Source: an uncultured Pelagibacteraceae bacterium
GTDB lineage: Bacteria; Pseudomonadota; Alphaproteobacteria; Pelagibacterales; Pelagibacteraceae
Reading direction: 5' to 3'
DNA length: 64,000 nt
NCBI GenBank assembly: GCA_902600635.1
Contig: CACKKE010000001.1
Span: 15,194-79,193, forward strand
Shown in pieces: positions 41,257-54,603 of this stretch. The notes beneath the pieces are model-generated. The model saw only the letters and a list, made by a program, of their open reading frames with translations. It did not search any database and was not told the origin of the DNA. The translations under genes and the position numbers were made by a program. The stretch's first letter is position 1. Every line of letters begins with the position of its first letter.

Positions 41257-42051
41257 ATGAAATTTTTTGATTGTTTCATGTATAACAATGAGGATTTAAT
41301 TCTCGATGTTAGATTAAATTCTTTAGATAAGTATATAGATAAATTTGTAATTGTAGAAGCAAAACAAAATCATCAAGGTAAAAAGAAAGATAGCTTTAAT
41401 TTTGAGATAAATAATTTTAAAAAATTTAAAGATAAAATTAAATATTTAAAAATTGAAAATTTTCCAGATAAATATAGCAGCTGGCAAAGAGAAAATTTTC
41501 AAAGAAATTTTATAACCAAAGGACTTCTTGATGCTAATGATGATGATTTTGTTATCATTTCAGATATCGATGAAATTCCAAATCTTGAGTATCTAGATAG
41601 ATTAGTAAAAAGTAATAAAAGATATACTGCCTTTAGACAAAAAATGATCTATTATAAATTTAACTTATTAAATTTAACTGAAGCAGATTGGCATGGTTCA
41701 AGAATGTGTAAATTTAAAGATCTTAAAAGTCCTCAATGGCTAAGAGATCAAAAGGTTAAAAAGTATCCATTTTATAGGCTTGATAAAATAAAGTGGCAAA
41801 TTGTAGATAATGGAGGGTGGCATTTCTCAATGATAATGACACCTACCGAAATAAGTGAAAAGATAAAATCTTTTGCACATACTGAGTTTAATACAGCTGA
41901 ATTTACAAATGTAGAAAATATTGAAAAAAAAATAAAATTGAAACAAGATTTGTTTGGGAGAAAATTTGAATTTCAGAAAATTCTTGATAAGAATGATTTA
42001 CCAAAATACATAACAGAAAATGAAAAAAAATTTTCACAATTTTTAATATAA
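41257..42051 (+). CDS. Glycosyltransferase family 17-like protein
   Basis: DCFMYNNE, RENFQRN, ISDIDEIP, GGWHFS, KIKSFAHTE. Confidence 0.75.
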   Translation: MKFFDCFMYNNEDLILDVRLNSLDKYIDKFVIVEAKQNHQGKKKDSFNFEINNFKKFKDKIKYLKIENFPDKYSSWQRENFQRNFITKGLLDANDDDFVIISDIDEIPNLEYLDRLVKSNKRYTAFRQKMIYYKFNLLNLTEADWHGSRMCKFKDLKSPQWLRDQKVKKYPFYRLDKIKWQIVDNGGWHFSMIMTPTEISEKIKSFAHTEFNTAEFTNVENIEKKIKLKQDLFGRKFEFQKILDKNDLPKYITENEKKFSQFLI

Positions 42052-42058
42052 AACTTTA

Positions 42059-42490
42059 ATGATATATATTTCACATAGAGGTAATGTAGATGGCCCTGTT
42101 AAAGATAAAGAAAATAATATTGATCATATACAGAAAGCATTAAATAAAGGTTTTGAAGTTGAGGTTGATGTTAGATTTAATAAGAATAAATTTTTCCTAG
42201 GCCATGATTATGATCAATTCGAAGTTGATAAAGAGTTTTTGTTAAATGATAAGATTTGGTGTCATGCTAAAACAACGGAGGCATTAATTGAACTAGATAA
42301 GATAAAAGCCCATTATTTTTGGCACCAAGAAGATGATTATACTATCACAAGCAGAGGTTTTATATGGACTTATCCAGGAAAAAAACTTTTTCCTAATAGC
42401 ATTTGTGTATTGCCTGAGCATGCAAATTATAAAGATATTAATTGTAAAGGAATATGCTCTGATTTTATAGATAAGTATAAAAATGATTAA
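42059..42490 (+). CDS. Small PLC/GDPD-like phosphodiesterase-fold protein
   Basis: ISHRGN, VEVDV, LGHD, WCHAK, GICSD. Confidence 0.65.
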   Translation: MIYISHRGNVDGPVKDKENNIDHIQKALNKGFEVEVDVRFNKNKFFLGHDYDQFEVDKEFLLNDKIWCHAKTTEALIELDKIKAHYFWHQEDDYTITSRGFIWTYPGKKLFPNSICVLPEHANYKDINCKGICSDFIDKYKND

Positions 42491-43847
42491 AGTAATTATT
42501 TTTGATTTAGATGGGGTTTTAGTAGATACAAAAATGATACATTTTGAGGCCTTAAATTTATCATTAAAAAAATACGGTTATGAGGAAATTTCCATTGATG
42601 ACCATGTAAAAGTTTTTGATGGACTGCCAACGAACGAAAAACTCAAGATTTTAAATAAAAAAGATAAACTCCCAATTAAAAATTTCTCAAAAATAAACAA
42701 ATATAAACAAAAAATAACCGCAAGTCTTTTAAAGAAAAAAATTAAAAGAAAAACTCATTTATTAGAGATATTTAAATACCTAAACAAAAATCATAAAATA
42801 GCAGTTGCAACGAATGCTGTTAAATCGACACTAAAGATTTGTTTAAAAAACTTAGGAATAGAAAAGTATGTTGATTTTAAGTTATCCAATGAGGATATAA
42901 TCAATCCAAAACCTAACCCAGAAATTTATTTAAGAATTTTTGTACATTTTGGTATTTACCCATCCGAGGCTTTGATAGTAGAGGACTCACATTACGGAAG
43001 AGAAGCAGCAGTTTCCTCTGGAGCAAAATTATTACCAATAAAAAAAATAAATGAATTAAATTTAAAAAAGATTAAATTAAATTTGATTTCTAAAAAAATT
43101 ATTAATGAAAAAAATATTTCCTGGGAGGATAATAAAATGAATGTTTTAATACCTATGGCGGGAGCTGGAAAGAGATTTTTTGATGCTGGCTATATATTTC
43201 CTAAACCGCTAATAGAAGTGGACAATAAGCCAATGATACAGTGGGTCATAGAGAGTTTAAATCTAAATGCAAATTATATTTTCATTATTCAAAAAGAACA
43301 TCAAAAAAAATATAATATAAGTAGCGTCTTAAGAATTCTCAAACCAAACTGTAAGATAATTGAATTAGATCACATTACTGAGGGAGCGGCATGCACAACT
43401 TTATTAGCCAAAAAATTTATAAATAATTCCAACCCTTTGATTATAGCAAACTCTGATCAATATATTAGATGGAATAGCTCAAAAGCCATATATAATTTTA
43501 ACTCAAAAAATTTAGATGGTGCAATTTTGACTTTTGAAGCAATACACCCTAAGTGGTCATATGCAAAATGTGATAAAGATGGATTTGTATTAGAAGTTGC
43601 AGAGAAAAAAGTAATATCTAAAAACGCAACAGTAGGAGTTTATTATTGGAAACATGGCTCTGATTACGTAAAGTCTGCTGAAGAAATGATAAAGAAAAAT
43701 ATCCGCGTTAATAATGAGTTTTATGTGTGCCCTGTTTATAATGAGTTTATATCAAAAAAGAAAAAAGTGAAAATTCATAAAGTAGAGGAAATGTGGGGAC
43801 TAGGTACTCCAGAAGATTTAAATAATTTTATTCAAAGATTGAAATAG
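42483..43847 (+). CDS. HAD phosphatase / NTP-transferase (nucleotidyltransferase) fusion
   Basis: N-terminal FDLDGVLVD, KPNPEIY, VEDS; C-terminal IPMAGAGKRF..PKPLI, IANSDQ, GLGTPEDL. Confidence 0.85.
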   Translation: MIKVIIFDLDGVLVDTKMIHFEALNLSLKKYGYEEISIDDHVKVFDGLPTNEKLKILNKKDKLPIKNFSKINKYKQKITASLLKKKIKRKTHLLEIFKYLNKNHKIAVATNAVKSTLKICLKNLGIEKYVDFKLSNEDIINPKPNPEIYLRIFVHFGIYPSEALIVEDSHYGREAAVSSGAKLLPIKKINELNLKKIKLNLISKKIINEKNISWEDNKMNVLIPMAGAGKRFFDAGYIFPKPLIEVDNKPMIQWVIESLNLNANYIFIIQKEHQKKYNISSVLRILKPNCKIIELDHITEGAACTTLLAKKFINNSNPLIIANSDQYIRWNSSKAIYNFNSKNLDGAILTFEAIHPKWSYAKCDKDGFVLEVAEKKVISKNATVGVYYWKHGSDYVKSAEEMIKKNIRVNNEFYVCPVYNEFISKKKKVKIHKVEEMWGLGTPEDLNNFIQRLK

Positions 43848-43863
43848 AAAATTTTTAAACCAA

Positions 43864-44643
43864 TTATTTAAAAATATATTTCAAACTGTTTATTAATTTT
43901 AATAATTTTATTTTTCTTTTTATCACTTTCATATTAATTTTGTCTTTTAAAGGCACATAGACATGCTTTGTTGGTTTGGCCTCTTCCATTCTAATTAAAG
44001 CGAGATTAAATTTGTGAGCTATTTTAATCCTAAATTTACTTTCAGATAAAAAACAATAAAAAATATATTCAGGATTAAAAACTCTGTTTTCCTGGGAAAA
44101 TTTGTCAAAAAAAGAGAAAATATTTTTAAGTTTTAAAAATGTTTGATATTTTGCAATAAAAAAAAGGTCTGTAATACCTTTAAAATGTCTATTTGATGAT
44201 ATTAAAAATTCCTCATTTTCTAAGTCAATTAAATCATTTTTTAAATTTTCAATACTTTTTAAATTAATTATGTCTGTTCTAAAACGACAAACATAATCAA
44301 CATTTAGATTATTTTCAGAATTTATTTTTTCTAAAAAATGAACATTTTCTACAATTGAGTGCCACATATGAAAAACATTCTCTATTTTCCATGAAAGATT
44401 TTCCTCTCCTGTTACAAATTTGACTGCGTTTATCTTATCATTCCAATTTTTTTGCTTAATTTGGTTAATAAATTTAATTTTATATTTTTCCTTAAAATTT
44501 TCTAGATCTTCTTGATTTTCCCAAATCGAACTGACAATTATAATTTCGAAATCTTTTAAGATTTTTTTAATCTCCTCAAAAAAAACTAAATTTTTTTCAT
44601 AAATTCTTATATTGCCAGAAATTAAAAATGCTATTTTTTTCAT
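43864..44643 (-). CDS. Hypothetical protein, probable glycan-modifying enzyme
   Basis: KIAFLISGNIR, DYVCRFRTD, DLFFIA, PE pattern typical of polysaccharide-cluster proteins (inference). Confidence 0.55.
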   Translation of the reverse strand: MKKIAFLISGNIRIYEKNLVFFEEIKKILKDFEIIIVSSIWENQEDLENFKEKYKIKFINQIKQKNWNDKINAVKFVTGEENLSWKIENVFHMWHSIVENVHFLEKINSENNLNVDYVCRFRTDIINLKSIENLKNDLIDLENEEFLISSNRHFKGITDLFFIAKYQTFLKLKNIFSFFDKFSQENRVFNPEYIFYCFLSESKFRIKIAHKFNLALIRMEEAKPTKHVYVPLKDKINMKVIKRKIKLLKLINSLKYIFK

Positions 44644-44754
44644 AAAATAAATAAAATATTATTATTAATATTATTCTTTTCAAGCTTATATATCTTCGGT
44701 TAATTTATTCCTGTAAATGTATAAAAAAAAATGTAATTTTAACGACTCATACTT

Positions 44755-45876
44755 ATGCTTTTTTTAAAAATAAAAAAAAATTTTCAAAATTTATTCAAAA
44801 CATTAGCACAAAAAATTTTTATGATGATTTACGGAAAAATTGATATTGATGATTCCTCTTCAATGCAAAATCTTAAAGTTTATGATATTGTTAACAAAAA
44901 TATAAATACATTTTTTGGCGATGATTATAAAATTTATCTAATTAATTTTGGTAGAATTTATAATGATAATGTTCAAAATGTTGCGATCATTAATAAAAAT
45001 AAAATTATAAATGGACCATCCTATCAGCAAATTAAAGGAGATCTAAAAGGTGCAGATCATAACATATGTCTTAAAATTGGCACTCCTAGAATAAAAAAAA
45101 AATTTAAAGGTAGAGTTTTAAACTTAGCTCAAGGTGCCAGCGGACATAATAATTTTTCTCATTGGTTATTAGATATGTTACCAAAACTTAAGTTATATAA
45201 TGAAGTCTTTAAATATGAAGATCTAGATTACTTATATTTAAATAAACTCAATTCTTTTCAAAAAAAGTCGTTGGAACTTTTGGGCCTTGAGAATTTAAAG
45301 ATAATTGATTCCGACTATTATCGTCATATAGAGTGTGATCAACTAATCGCTACTCAGCACCCAAGTTATTTTAAAGGTTTTATTTTAGATCAAGCAAAGT
45401 ATGTACCTGATTGGATAATAAAATGGCTAAGAGGTAGTTTTTTAGAAAAATCAAAAAAAATAGAAATTAAAGATAATATATTCATCGACAGATCTTTATC
45501 TAATTTTAAGCACTCTCAAATAGTTAATTTAGAAGAAACTCAAAATCTCTTAAAAGAAAAAAATTTTGATATTGTTAAACTTGAAAACTTGAGTTTTGAT
45601 GAGCAGATATTTGTTTTTAGTAATGCAAAAATTGTAATAGGAGCTCATGGAGCTGGACTTACTAATTTGTGTTTCTCAAAAGAAAAAACAAAAGTTATTG
45701 AGATTAGATCTTCTGAACCAGGATACGGATTTCAAAATAAAGTGTATGAAAGAATATCTGAAATAAATAACTTAAATTATAGCTTATTATCTACTCCGTA
45801 TTTCAGTAAAAAAAATATAAATGGTGATTTATTTGTAGATTTAAAAGTATTAAATGATCATTTAAAGAATATTTAA
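44755..45876 (+). CDS. Glycosyltransferase family 61 (DUF563)
   Basis: NFSHWLLD.LP, IFIDR, EQI..F..A..VIGAHGAGLTN. Confidence 0.82.
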   Translation: MLFLKIKKNFQNLFKTLAQKIFMMIYGKIDIDDSSSMQNLKVYDIVNKNINTFFGDDYKIYLINFGRIYNDNVQNVAIINKNKIINGPSYQQIKGDLKGADHNICLKIGTPRIKKKFKGRVLNLAQGASGHNNFSHWLLDMLPKLKLYNEVFKYEDLDYLYLNKLNSFQKKSLELLGLENLKIIDSDYYRHIECDQLIATQHPSYFKGFILDQAKYVPDWIIKWLRGSFLEKSKKIEIKDNIFIDRSLSNFKHSQIVNLEETQNLLKEKNFDIVKLENLSFDEQIFVFSNAKIVIGAHGAGLTNLCFSKEKTKVIEIRSSEPGYGFQNKVYERISEINNLNYSLLSTPYFSKKNINGDLFVDLKVLNDHLKNI

Positions 45877-45880
45877 AATT

Positions 45881-46732
45881 ATGAAACTTCAAACTTTTTA
45901 CAAAATCTACTACAAACACAGGATCATAAAAGCAAATTTATTACTAAAAATATACCTTCTTTTTGTAATTCCTATTAAATATTTTTTGAATCTGCCTTAT
46001 TCAAAAAAAAAAGTAAATCTTGAAAATTACTCACAAAATAACAAATTTTTATTTGAAAAAAATTTAAATTTTTTATTTGAGTTTTTTGAAAGTGATAAGG
46101 GCGAGAAGTTCGTAAATCAATATAATCAACCAATGAAGCGAGACTCTAACTTAAGAATACAAGGTCACAATTATGCTAAATTTTATGATGAATATTTTTT
46201 TGAAAAAAAAAACAAAGAATTGAATATTTTAGAAATTGGGTCCTTTTATGGTAACGCTGCTGCAGCGTTATATTTTTATTTTAAGAATGCCAAAATATAT
46301 TCAGCAGATATATTTCCTGATTTATTTAGTTATACTTCTGATAGAATTAAAAATTTTTATGTAGACTCCTCTTCGGAAAAATCTATCTCTCAAAATATCT
46401 TAAAAAAGGATAAAAAATTTGAAATAATAATTGAGGATGCATGCCATGCTTACAAAGACCAAATTATTAGTTTATTTATGTTATTCCCAATATTAAGTTC
46501 TGGAGGGATTTTTATAACAGAAGAATTAGATTTCCCAGATACAAGGGCTGATATGAATTTAAATAATGAAAAACCGACATTAAGAGATATTTTATTATCA
46601 ATTAAATCTGGTGAAAATTTTGAAAATCCTCTCATATCTAAAGATCAAAAAGATTATTTTTTAAAAAATTTTGATAAGATTTCTATTTTAAAAGGAAATC
46701 ATAACGAGATAGCAATAATTAAAAAGAAATGA
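45881..46732 (+). CDS. Class I SAM-dependent methyltransferase (probable sugar O-methyltransferase)
   Basis: SDKG, HNYAKFY, ILEIGS, IIIEDACH, GGIFITEE. Confidence 0.72.
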   Translation: MKLQTFYKIYYKHRIIKANLLLKIYLLFVIPIKYFLNLPYSKKKVNLENYSQNNKFLFEKNLNFLFEFFESDKGEKFVNQYNQPMKRDSNLRIQGHNYAKFYDEYFFEKKNKELNILEIGSFYGNAAAALYFYFKNAKIYSADIFPDLFSYTSDRIKNFYVDSSSEKSISQNILKKDKKFEIIIEDACHAYKDQIISLFMLFPILSSGGIFITEELDFPDTRADMNLNNEKPTLRDILLSIKSGENFENPLISKDQKDYFLKNFDKISILKGNHNEIAIIKKK

Positions 46733-47448
46733 AAAAAAAAATTGTAGTAACAGGTGGTTCAGGCAGATTTGGTCAATGTTTAAAAAATTTTGAGACTAAT
46801 CATGAAATATTATTTCCCACAAAAAAAGAATTAGACATTTTAAATTTCAGAAGTGTAGAGAAATACTTAAAAAAGAATAAACCTAATATTTTAATTCATT
46901 TAGCAGGGTTATCTCGACCAATGAAAGTTCACGAGGAAAATATTATCAAAAGTATTGATTTAAATATTATTGGAACTGCTAATGTAACAAAAGTCTGTTC
47001 AAAATTACGAATAAAACTAATTTATTTTTCTACAAACTATGTTTATCCAGGCACAAAAGGAAATTATAGGGAAACAGACCCATTATTACCAGTCAATAAC
47101 TATGCATGGTCAAAATTAGGTGGCGAGTCTGCTGTGCAACTCTATAAAAATTCTTTAATATTAAGAGTTTCAATGACTGAAAAACCATTCGTTCACAAAA
47201 AAGCGTTTGCTAATGTGAAGAGTAGTTTTATTTATCATGAAGATGTAAGAAAATATTTGTTTAAACTATTAAATAAAAAAGGGATATTAAACATTGGTGG
47301 CAAAACTCAATATATCTATAATTTTGCAAAAAAGAGTAACAAAAGAGTTAAAAAAGATTACCTAAAAAAAAATTCAAATCATAATATTCCGTTTAACTCT
47401 TCTTTGAATATTTTAAATTTAAATAAATTCTTGAAGGAAAAAAAATAA
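46729..47448 (+). CDS. RmlD-like NAD(P)-dependent sugar-nucleotide reductase
   Basis: TGGSGRFG, STNYVY, YAWSK. Confidence 0.8.
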   Translation: MKKKIVVTGGSGRFGQCLKNFETNHEILFPTKKELDILNFRSVEKYLKKNKPNILIHLAGLSRPMKVHEENIIKSIDLNIIGTANVTKVCSKLRIKLIYFSTNYVYPGTKGNYRETDPLLPVNNYAWSKLGGESAVQLYKNSLILRVSMTEKPFVHKKAFANVKSSFIYHEDVRKYLFKLLNKKGILNIGGKTQYIYNFAKKSNKRVKKDYLKKNSNHNIPFNSSLNILNLNKFLKEKK

Positions 47449-47464
47449 TTAATTAAAAATTTGA

Positions 47465-48262
47465 ATGGAGAAATTAAGGATTTTTTGCGTTACAAATAAA
47501 GAGATTAAATATCTAGAAAAATTAAATCTTTCATTAGCAGGTGTTGGGAAAAGAAGATTTAAAAAAGAATATATAACCTGTTTGAATGGTAAGAATATTC
47601 AAAAAAAAGAGAAGCATTATTCTGAATTAACTTTTCATTACTGGTTTTGGAAAAATCAATTAAAAAAATTTAATAATAATATTTGGATTGGGTTTTGCCA
47701 GAAACGAAGATTTTGGCTAAATTCAGATACTAAAATAAGAAATTTTAATGACTTACAGAAAAATATTTTGAAAGCTCCGCACAAAAGTTGGAAAAATTAT
47801 GAAAGTATTATTTGTAAGCCAATTAGATTAGATAATCCAAAAAAAATGAAATTAATAAAAAGAGGTTTAAAAAATATTATTAAAGATCCTTCAATTTTTT
47901 TTAATAAAAAAAAACAAAATATAAAACTTCATTTTGATATGCATCATGGTTACGGAATATTAGACAGAGCTATAAAGTATCTTGGGAAAAAGGATAGAAA
48001 TGATTTTCAAAAATTTGTAAATGAAAATTATAGTTTTAATCCTCATATAATGTTTATTGCGAAAAAAAAAGTTATGAATAATTGGTTTAAAAGTCTTTTC
48101 AAGTGGCTTTTTAAATGTGAAAAAGAGTTTGGTTTTAGAAAATTAAAAGGTTATGATCAGCAAAGATTATACGCATATCTTGCTGAAAGATACTTATCTT
48201 TTTGGTTTAAAAAAAATACAAAATATTTAGAGTGGCATTGGAATTTTTTTGAGTTAAAGTAA
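47465..48262 (+). CDS. DUF4422-like polysaccharide biosynthesis protein
   Basis: YSELTFHYWFWKN, IGFCQKRRF, MFIAKK, RLYAYLAER. Confidence 0.75.
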   Translation: MEKLRIFCVTNKEIKYLEKLNLSLAGVGKRRFKKEYITCLNGKNIQKKEKHYSELTFHYWFWKNQLKKFNNNIWIGFCQKRRFWLNSDTKIRNFNDLQKNILKAPHKSWKNYESIICKPIRLDNPKKMKLIKRGLKNIIKDPSIFFNKKKQNIKLHFDMHHGYGILDRAIKYLGKKDRNDFQKFVNENYSFNPHIMFIAKKKVMNNWFKSLFKWLFKCEKEFGFRKLKGYDQQRLYAYLAERYLSFWFKKNTKYLEWHWNFFELK

Positions 48263-48287
48263 AAATACTTAAGCGCTGAAATTAATT

Positions 48288-48377
48288 GGAGAGGTGGCCG
48301 AGTGGTTGAAGGCGCACGCTTGGAAAGCGTGTAAAGGGGAAACTCTTTCATGGGTTCGAATCCCATTCTCTCCGCCA
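48288..48377 (+). tRNA. tRNA-Ser(GGA)
   Basis: GGAGAGG acceptor, CACGC-TT-GGA-AA-GCGTG, long variable arm, GTTCGAATCC, G-CCA end. Confidence 0.97.
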
Positions 48378-48416
48378 TCAAATAAGCCTTAATATATCTA
48401 CCTTATTTGAGATTTT
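48378..48416 (+). terminator. Possible weak terminator or processing hairpin after tRNA-Ser
   Basis: TCAAATAAG...CTTATTTGA inverted repeat followed by a T-rich run. Confidence 0.35.
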
Positions 48417-48468
48417 TATTGGAAATTTGAAATTATAAATGAGCTATTTTTATCAAAAAATGATATAA

Positions 48469-50550
<2,082 letters not shown>

Positions 50551-50552
50551 AA

Positions 50553-51833
50553 ATGAAGTTTTTCGAAACTTCTAAATTTCATACTTTAAAAAAATCTACT
50601 TATATTTCTTTAAGATGGATTGGTATAATAGGCCAATTAATTTCAGTTTATATTGTTTATTTTTTTCTAAATTTCGACTTTAATTTTATTCTATCAAATT
50701 TAATTATTTTTATTGGAATTTTAAGTAATCTTTATTTGATCTTTATTTACAATAAAACACAACTTTCTGATAGATCAGCACTAATTTTTTTGATGATTGA
50801 CATATTTCAATTAGGTTCACTAATATATTTAACGGGAGGTATCGCAAACCCTTTTGTAATTTTTTTATTAATTCCTAGCGTGTTTGCATCATCAAACTTA
50901 GGGATTAGAACTAATTTATTTCTTGTTATTACAACAATATTAATGATTACATTTCTGACATTTTATTCAGAGGATTTACCTGCACCTTTAAATAGTCACT
51001 TTTATGTTGATCCTTATTATTATTATTCTATTCCAATTGCTTTTATAATCGCTCTAATCTTTTTGAATTACTTCGCAATTGTATTTGGCTCAGAGTCTAG
51101 GAAAAGAAAAGAGGCTTTAAGTAAAATGGAGGAAATTATGGCCCAAGAACATGAGATGTTATCTTTAGGAGGTCAAGCAGCAGCAGCAGCACATTCTCTT
51201 GGAACTCCTTTATCCACGATTAAAATTATCTCACAAGAGTTAAAACAACAGTTAAAGGATCGTAAAGAATTAATCTCGGACATACAATTATTATCAAGTC
51301 AAGTTGAAAGATGTAATCAAATTTTGAAAAGGTTGTCTTTAAATCCTATTGAAGAGGATGATTTTATAGATGAGGACTTAAATTTTAAAAAATATATAAA
51401 TCAAATTGTTAACTCATTCGAAGAAACAAGTAATAAAAAATTTATCTTAAATTTTGATCAAGACTCAAGTCCTAGAAAAATTCCAAAATCAATAGAGATT
51501 ATATATGGTTTGAGAAATTTTATTGGAAATGCAAATAAATTTGCTAAAGAAAAAATATTTATAACTCTTAAAAGTAACAATGAATATACTGAAATTACTA
51601 TCGAAGATGATGGTGAAGGATATCCTGGTGAGATATTGTCAAAAATAGGCGAACCTTACTTAAGATCACTTAAAAATAAAAATAAGAATCAAGTTGGTTT
51701 AGGTTTAGGAATATTTATAGGTAAAAACTTACTTGAGAAAAATTTTGCTTCTTTAAATTGTCAAAATTCTAAAACAAGAACTGGAGCGGAAGTGAATATA
51801 AGATGGAAAAATGAAGATCTAAAAAAAATTTAA
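50553..51833 (+). CDS. regB: RegB/PrrB/ActS-family redox sensor histidine kinase
   Basis: TGGIANPF quinone-site motif, [12 protein letters not shown]-box, DDGEG, GLGLG. Confidence 0.9.
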   Translation: MKFFETSKFHTLKKSTYISLRWIGIIGQLISVYIVYFFLNFDFNFILSNLIIFIGILSNLYLIFIYNKTQLSDRSALIFLMIDIFQLGSLIYLTGGIANPFVIFLLIPSVFASSNLGIRTNLFLVITTILMITFLTFYSEDLPAPLNSHFYVDPYYYYSIPIAFIIALIFLNYFAIVFGSESRKRKEALSKMEEIMAQEHEMLSLGGQAAAAAHSLGTPLSTIKIISQELKQQLKDRKELISDIQLLSSQVERCNQILKRLSLNPIEEDDFIDEDLNFKKYINQIVNSFEETSNKKFILNFDQDSSPRKIPKSIEIIYGLRNFIGNANKFAKEKIFITLKSNNEYTEITIEDDGEGYPGEILSKIGEPYLRSLKNKNKNQVGLGLGIFIGKNLLEKNFASLNCQNSKTRTGAEVNIRWKNEDLKKI

Positions 51834-53629
51834 TGTAATTTAGCTTTTTTATCAAATAATGAGCTTAATTGGGAAATCATTACATCACCAAGTTCATTTA
51901 CATCAGTGATCTTAATTGCTCTTTTATAATATCTAGAAACATCATGACCAATCCCTATAGCTAAAATTTCTATTTCAGATTTATCCTCAATAAACTTAAC
52001 CATTTTTTTTAAATGTTTTTCTAAAAAATCTCCTGAATTTACTGATAAGGTTGAATCATCAACTGGCGCGCCATCTGAAATTACCATTAAAATTTTTCTC
52101 TCCTCTTTTCTTTTTTTAATTCTATTGAAAGCCCATGTTATAGCCTCCCCATCTATATTTTCTTTCAATAAACCTTCTTTTAACATAAGACCAAGGTTAT
52201 CTTTAGCCTGCCTCCAATGTGTATCAGCTCCTTTATAAATAATATGTCTTAAATCATTCAATCTTCCAGGTGTCTTTGGCTTATTATTTTTATTCCATAG
52301 TTCCCTACTTTGCCCACCTTTCCAATTTTTTGTTGTGAATCCTAATATTTCTACTTTCACTGAGCAACGTTCCAAAGTTCTAGATAAAATATCAGCACAA
52401 ATAGCTGCAATTGTAATTGGTCTACCCCTCATTGAACCCGAGTTATCAATTAGAAGTGTTACCACAGTGTCTTTAAAGTCTAAATCTTTTTCTTTCTTGA
52501 AAGATAATGAATTATATGGATCCATTATAATTCTTGGTAACTTAGAGCTATCAAGTAATCCTTCCTCTAAATCAAACTCCCAAGCTCTATTCTGTTTTGC
52601 TAATAATTGTCTTTGAAGTTTATTAGCAAGCTTAGTTATAACATCTTGAAAACCTATCAATTGTTGATCTAAAGTTTTTCGAAGCTTGTTTGCTTCATCT
52701 GCGTTTTCAAGATTTTCGGCTTTCGTAATTTCGTCAAATTGTGTTGTAAAAATTTTATAATCTATATTTAAATCTTTTAAATTTTTCTTTTGGATAACTT
52801 GTTCAGAGTTTTGTTCATCTGACTCTGTATCTACAAGTTGTTCATCTAATTTATATTCATCAATATTATAATCTGAATCTAAACTAGTTTCTGTTTCATC
52901 CTGCTTATCAGGATCTTTTTTGTCCTCATCCTCACTATCGTCGTTTTCACTTGACTGATTTTCTTTATCATCCTCTTGGTTTTCGTCCTTTTTTTCCTCA
53001 TTTTCCTCTGATTGAAAAATGTCCATTTCTTGTAGTATCTGGGAGAACTTCGAACTATAAATATTCTGATCCTCTAAATTTTGTTTAAAAAATTCTATAT
53101 GTTCAAAAATTGATTTATCAAAATCTTTTTCCCAAAAGTTTAACATTCTTGATGTTAAAGAATTGAGTTTGATATTGTGGAAATTTTTTAGCATATATAA
53201 TTCAAAAGCTTCAACAACAGGCACATCATCTTTGGAGTTAATTTGATCTTTTCTTTTATGGTCGATCATCTGAATATAATTATCTTTCAAATTTTTTTCT
53301 ATTCCTTTTAACATTTTTGATCCCAATTTTTCGTATCTTATTTTTTCAGTGATTGTATATAGTGATTTACAAGACGAGCTAGAGGGTAAATTTTTTTTAA
53401 ATATTGACTCGTCAGAAAATTTCTTTTTAAGAGCTTTGGAGTCTGTTTCTGCTCTAGCCTTAATATAATCTTTTTTTGAATTTAAATTTTCTAGTTCAAT
53501 TAAATCATGTTTTTCAGAGTTTTTAATATTTTTTTTTGGATTGATACCTAAATCATCTGAGATTACTCTTGCTGTAGACGATAGAGCCTGTCTAAGCTTT
53601 TCTTTAAAACTCTCAGTTTTGTTGTTCAT
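51830..53629 (-). CDS. cobT: CobT-family vWA protein
   Basis: Acidic linker, [33 protein letters not shown]. Confidence 0.9.
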   Translation of the reverse strand: MNNKTESFKEKLRQALSSTARVISDDLGINPKKNIKNSEKHDLIELENLNSKKDYIKARAETDSKALKKKFSDESIFKKNLPSSSSCKSLYTITEKIRYEKLGSKMLKGIEKNLKDNYIQMIDHKRKDQINSKDDVPVVEAFELYMLKNFHNIKLNSLTSRMLNFWEKDFDKSIFEHIEFFKQNLEDQNIYSSKFSQILQEMDIFQSEENEEKKDENQEDDKENQSSENDDSEDEDKKDPDKQDETETSLDSDYNIDEYKLDEQLVDTESDEQNSEQVIQKKNLKDLNIDYKIFTTQFDEITKAENLENADEANKLRKTLDQQLIGFQDVITKLANKLQRQLLAKQNRAWEFDLEEGLLDSSKLPRIIMDPYNSLSFKKEKDLDFKDTVVTLLIDNSGSMRGRPITIAAICADILSRTLERCSVKVEILGFTTKNWKGGQSRELWNKNNKPKTPGRLNDLRHIIYKGADTHWRQAKDNLGLMLKEGLLKENIDGEAITWAFNRIKKRKEERKILMVISDGAPVDDSTLSVNSGDFLEKHLKKMVKFIEDKSEIEILAIGIGHDVSRYYKRAIKITDVNELGDVMISQLSSLFDKKAKLH

Positions 53630-54603
53630 TAAATTTGAATATTTAATAAGGACTCTGGTAACTCCTCACCAAAACATCTTTGATAATACTCTGCAATTAT
53701 ATTCTTTTCGATTTCATCGCACTTATTTAAAAACGTTACTCTAAAGGCATAACCTGTATCTTTAAAAATTTCTGCGTTTTCAGCCCAGTGTAAAACTGTT
53801 CGCGGACTCATCACTGTTGATATATCTCCGGCTATAAATCCTTTTCTAGTCAATGATGCGACCTTAATCATATTAGAAACTTTTTCTTTACCTTTTGTAT
53901 TATTTAACTCTTTATTTTTCGCTAAGATAATCTCCATTTCTTTATCAAGGCTAAGATAGTTTAAAGTTGTAACAATATTCCATCTATCCATTTGTCCTTG
54001 ATTTATTTGTTGAGTACCATGGTAAAGTCCTGTTGTATCTCCTAAACCAACAGTATTAGAAGTCGCAAATAATCTAAAAAATTTATTTTGTTTAATAACT
54101 TTATTTTTATCTAGGAGTGTAAAATTTCCTTCTGCTTCAAGTACTCTTTGGATGACAAACATTACATCAGGTCTTCCTGCATCATACTCATCAAATACTA
54201 AAGCCACAGGGTTTTGTATGGACCAGGGCAAAATCCCTTCATTAAATTGTGTAACTTGCTTACCATCTTTTAAAACAATCGCATCCTTACCTATTAAATC
54301 TATACGACTTATATGACTGTCTAAGTTTACTCTGATGCACGGCCAATTTAATCTTGCAGCAATTTGCTCGATGTGTGTAGATTTTCCTGTGCCGTGATAA
54401 CCTTGAACCAAAACCCTTTTATTAAAAGCAAAACCTGAAATGATTGCTAAAGTAGTATCACGATCAAATTTATAATTTTTGTCTATTTCTGGCACGTACT
54501 CGCTTTTTTTAGAAAATGCATCGACCTCCATATTAGAATCTATCCCAAAAGTCTGTTTTATTGAGAGTTTTATGTCAGGTTGGTTATTTATATTTGGTGT
54601 CAA
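53629..54603 (-). CDS. cobS: CobS-family MoxR-type AAA+ ATPase
   Basis: [25 protein letters not shown]. Confidence 0.92.
   Translation of the reverse strand: MTPNINNQPDIKLSIKQTFGIDSNMEVDAFSKKSEYVPEIDKNYKFDRDTTLAIISGFAFNKRVLVQGYHGTGKSTHIEQIAARLNWPCIRVNLDSHISRIDLIGKDAIVLKDGKQVTQFNEGILPWSIQNPVALVFDEYDAGRPDVMFVIQRVLEAEGNFTLLDKNKVIKQNKFFRLFATSNTVGLGDTTGLYHGTQQINQGQMDRWNIVTTLNYLSLDKEMEIILAKNKELNNTKGKEKVSNMIKVASLTRKGFIAGDISTVMSPRTVLHWAENAEIFKDTGYAFRVTFLNKCDEIEKNIIAEYYQRCFGEELPESLLNIQI

Noticed and set aside
48157-48381. 74-aa minus-strand ORF
   Set aside because: Antisense translation of tRNA-Ser.
41251-48420. Integrative element or prophage at tRNA-Ser
   Set aside because: No integrase and no duplicated tRNA 3' end were seen. 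The cassette lies 5' of the tRNA.
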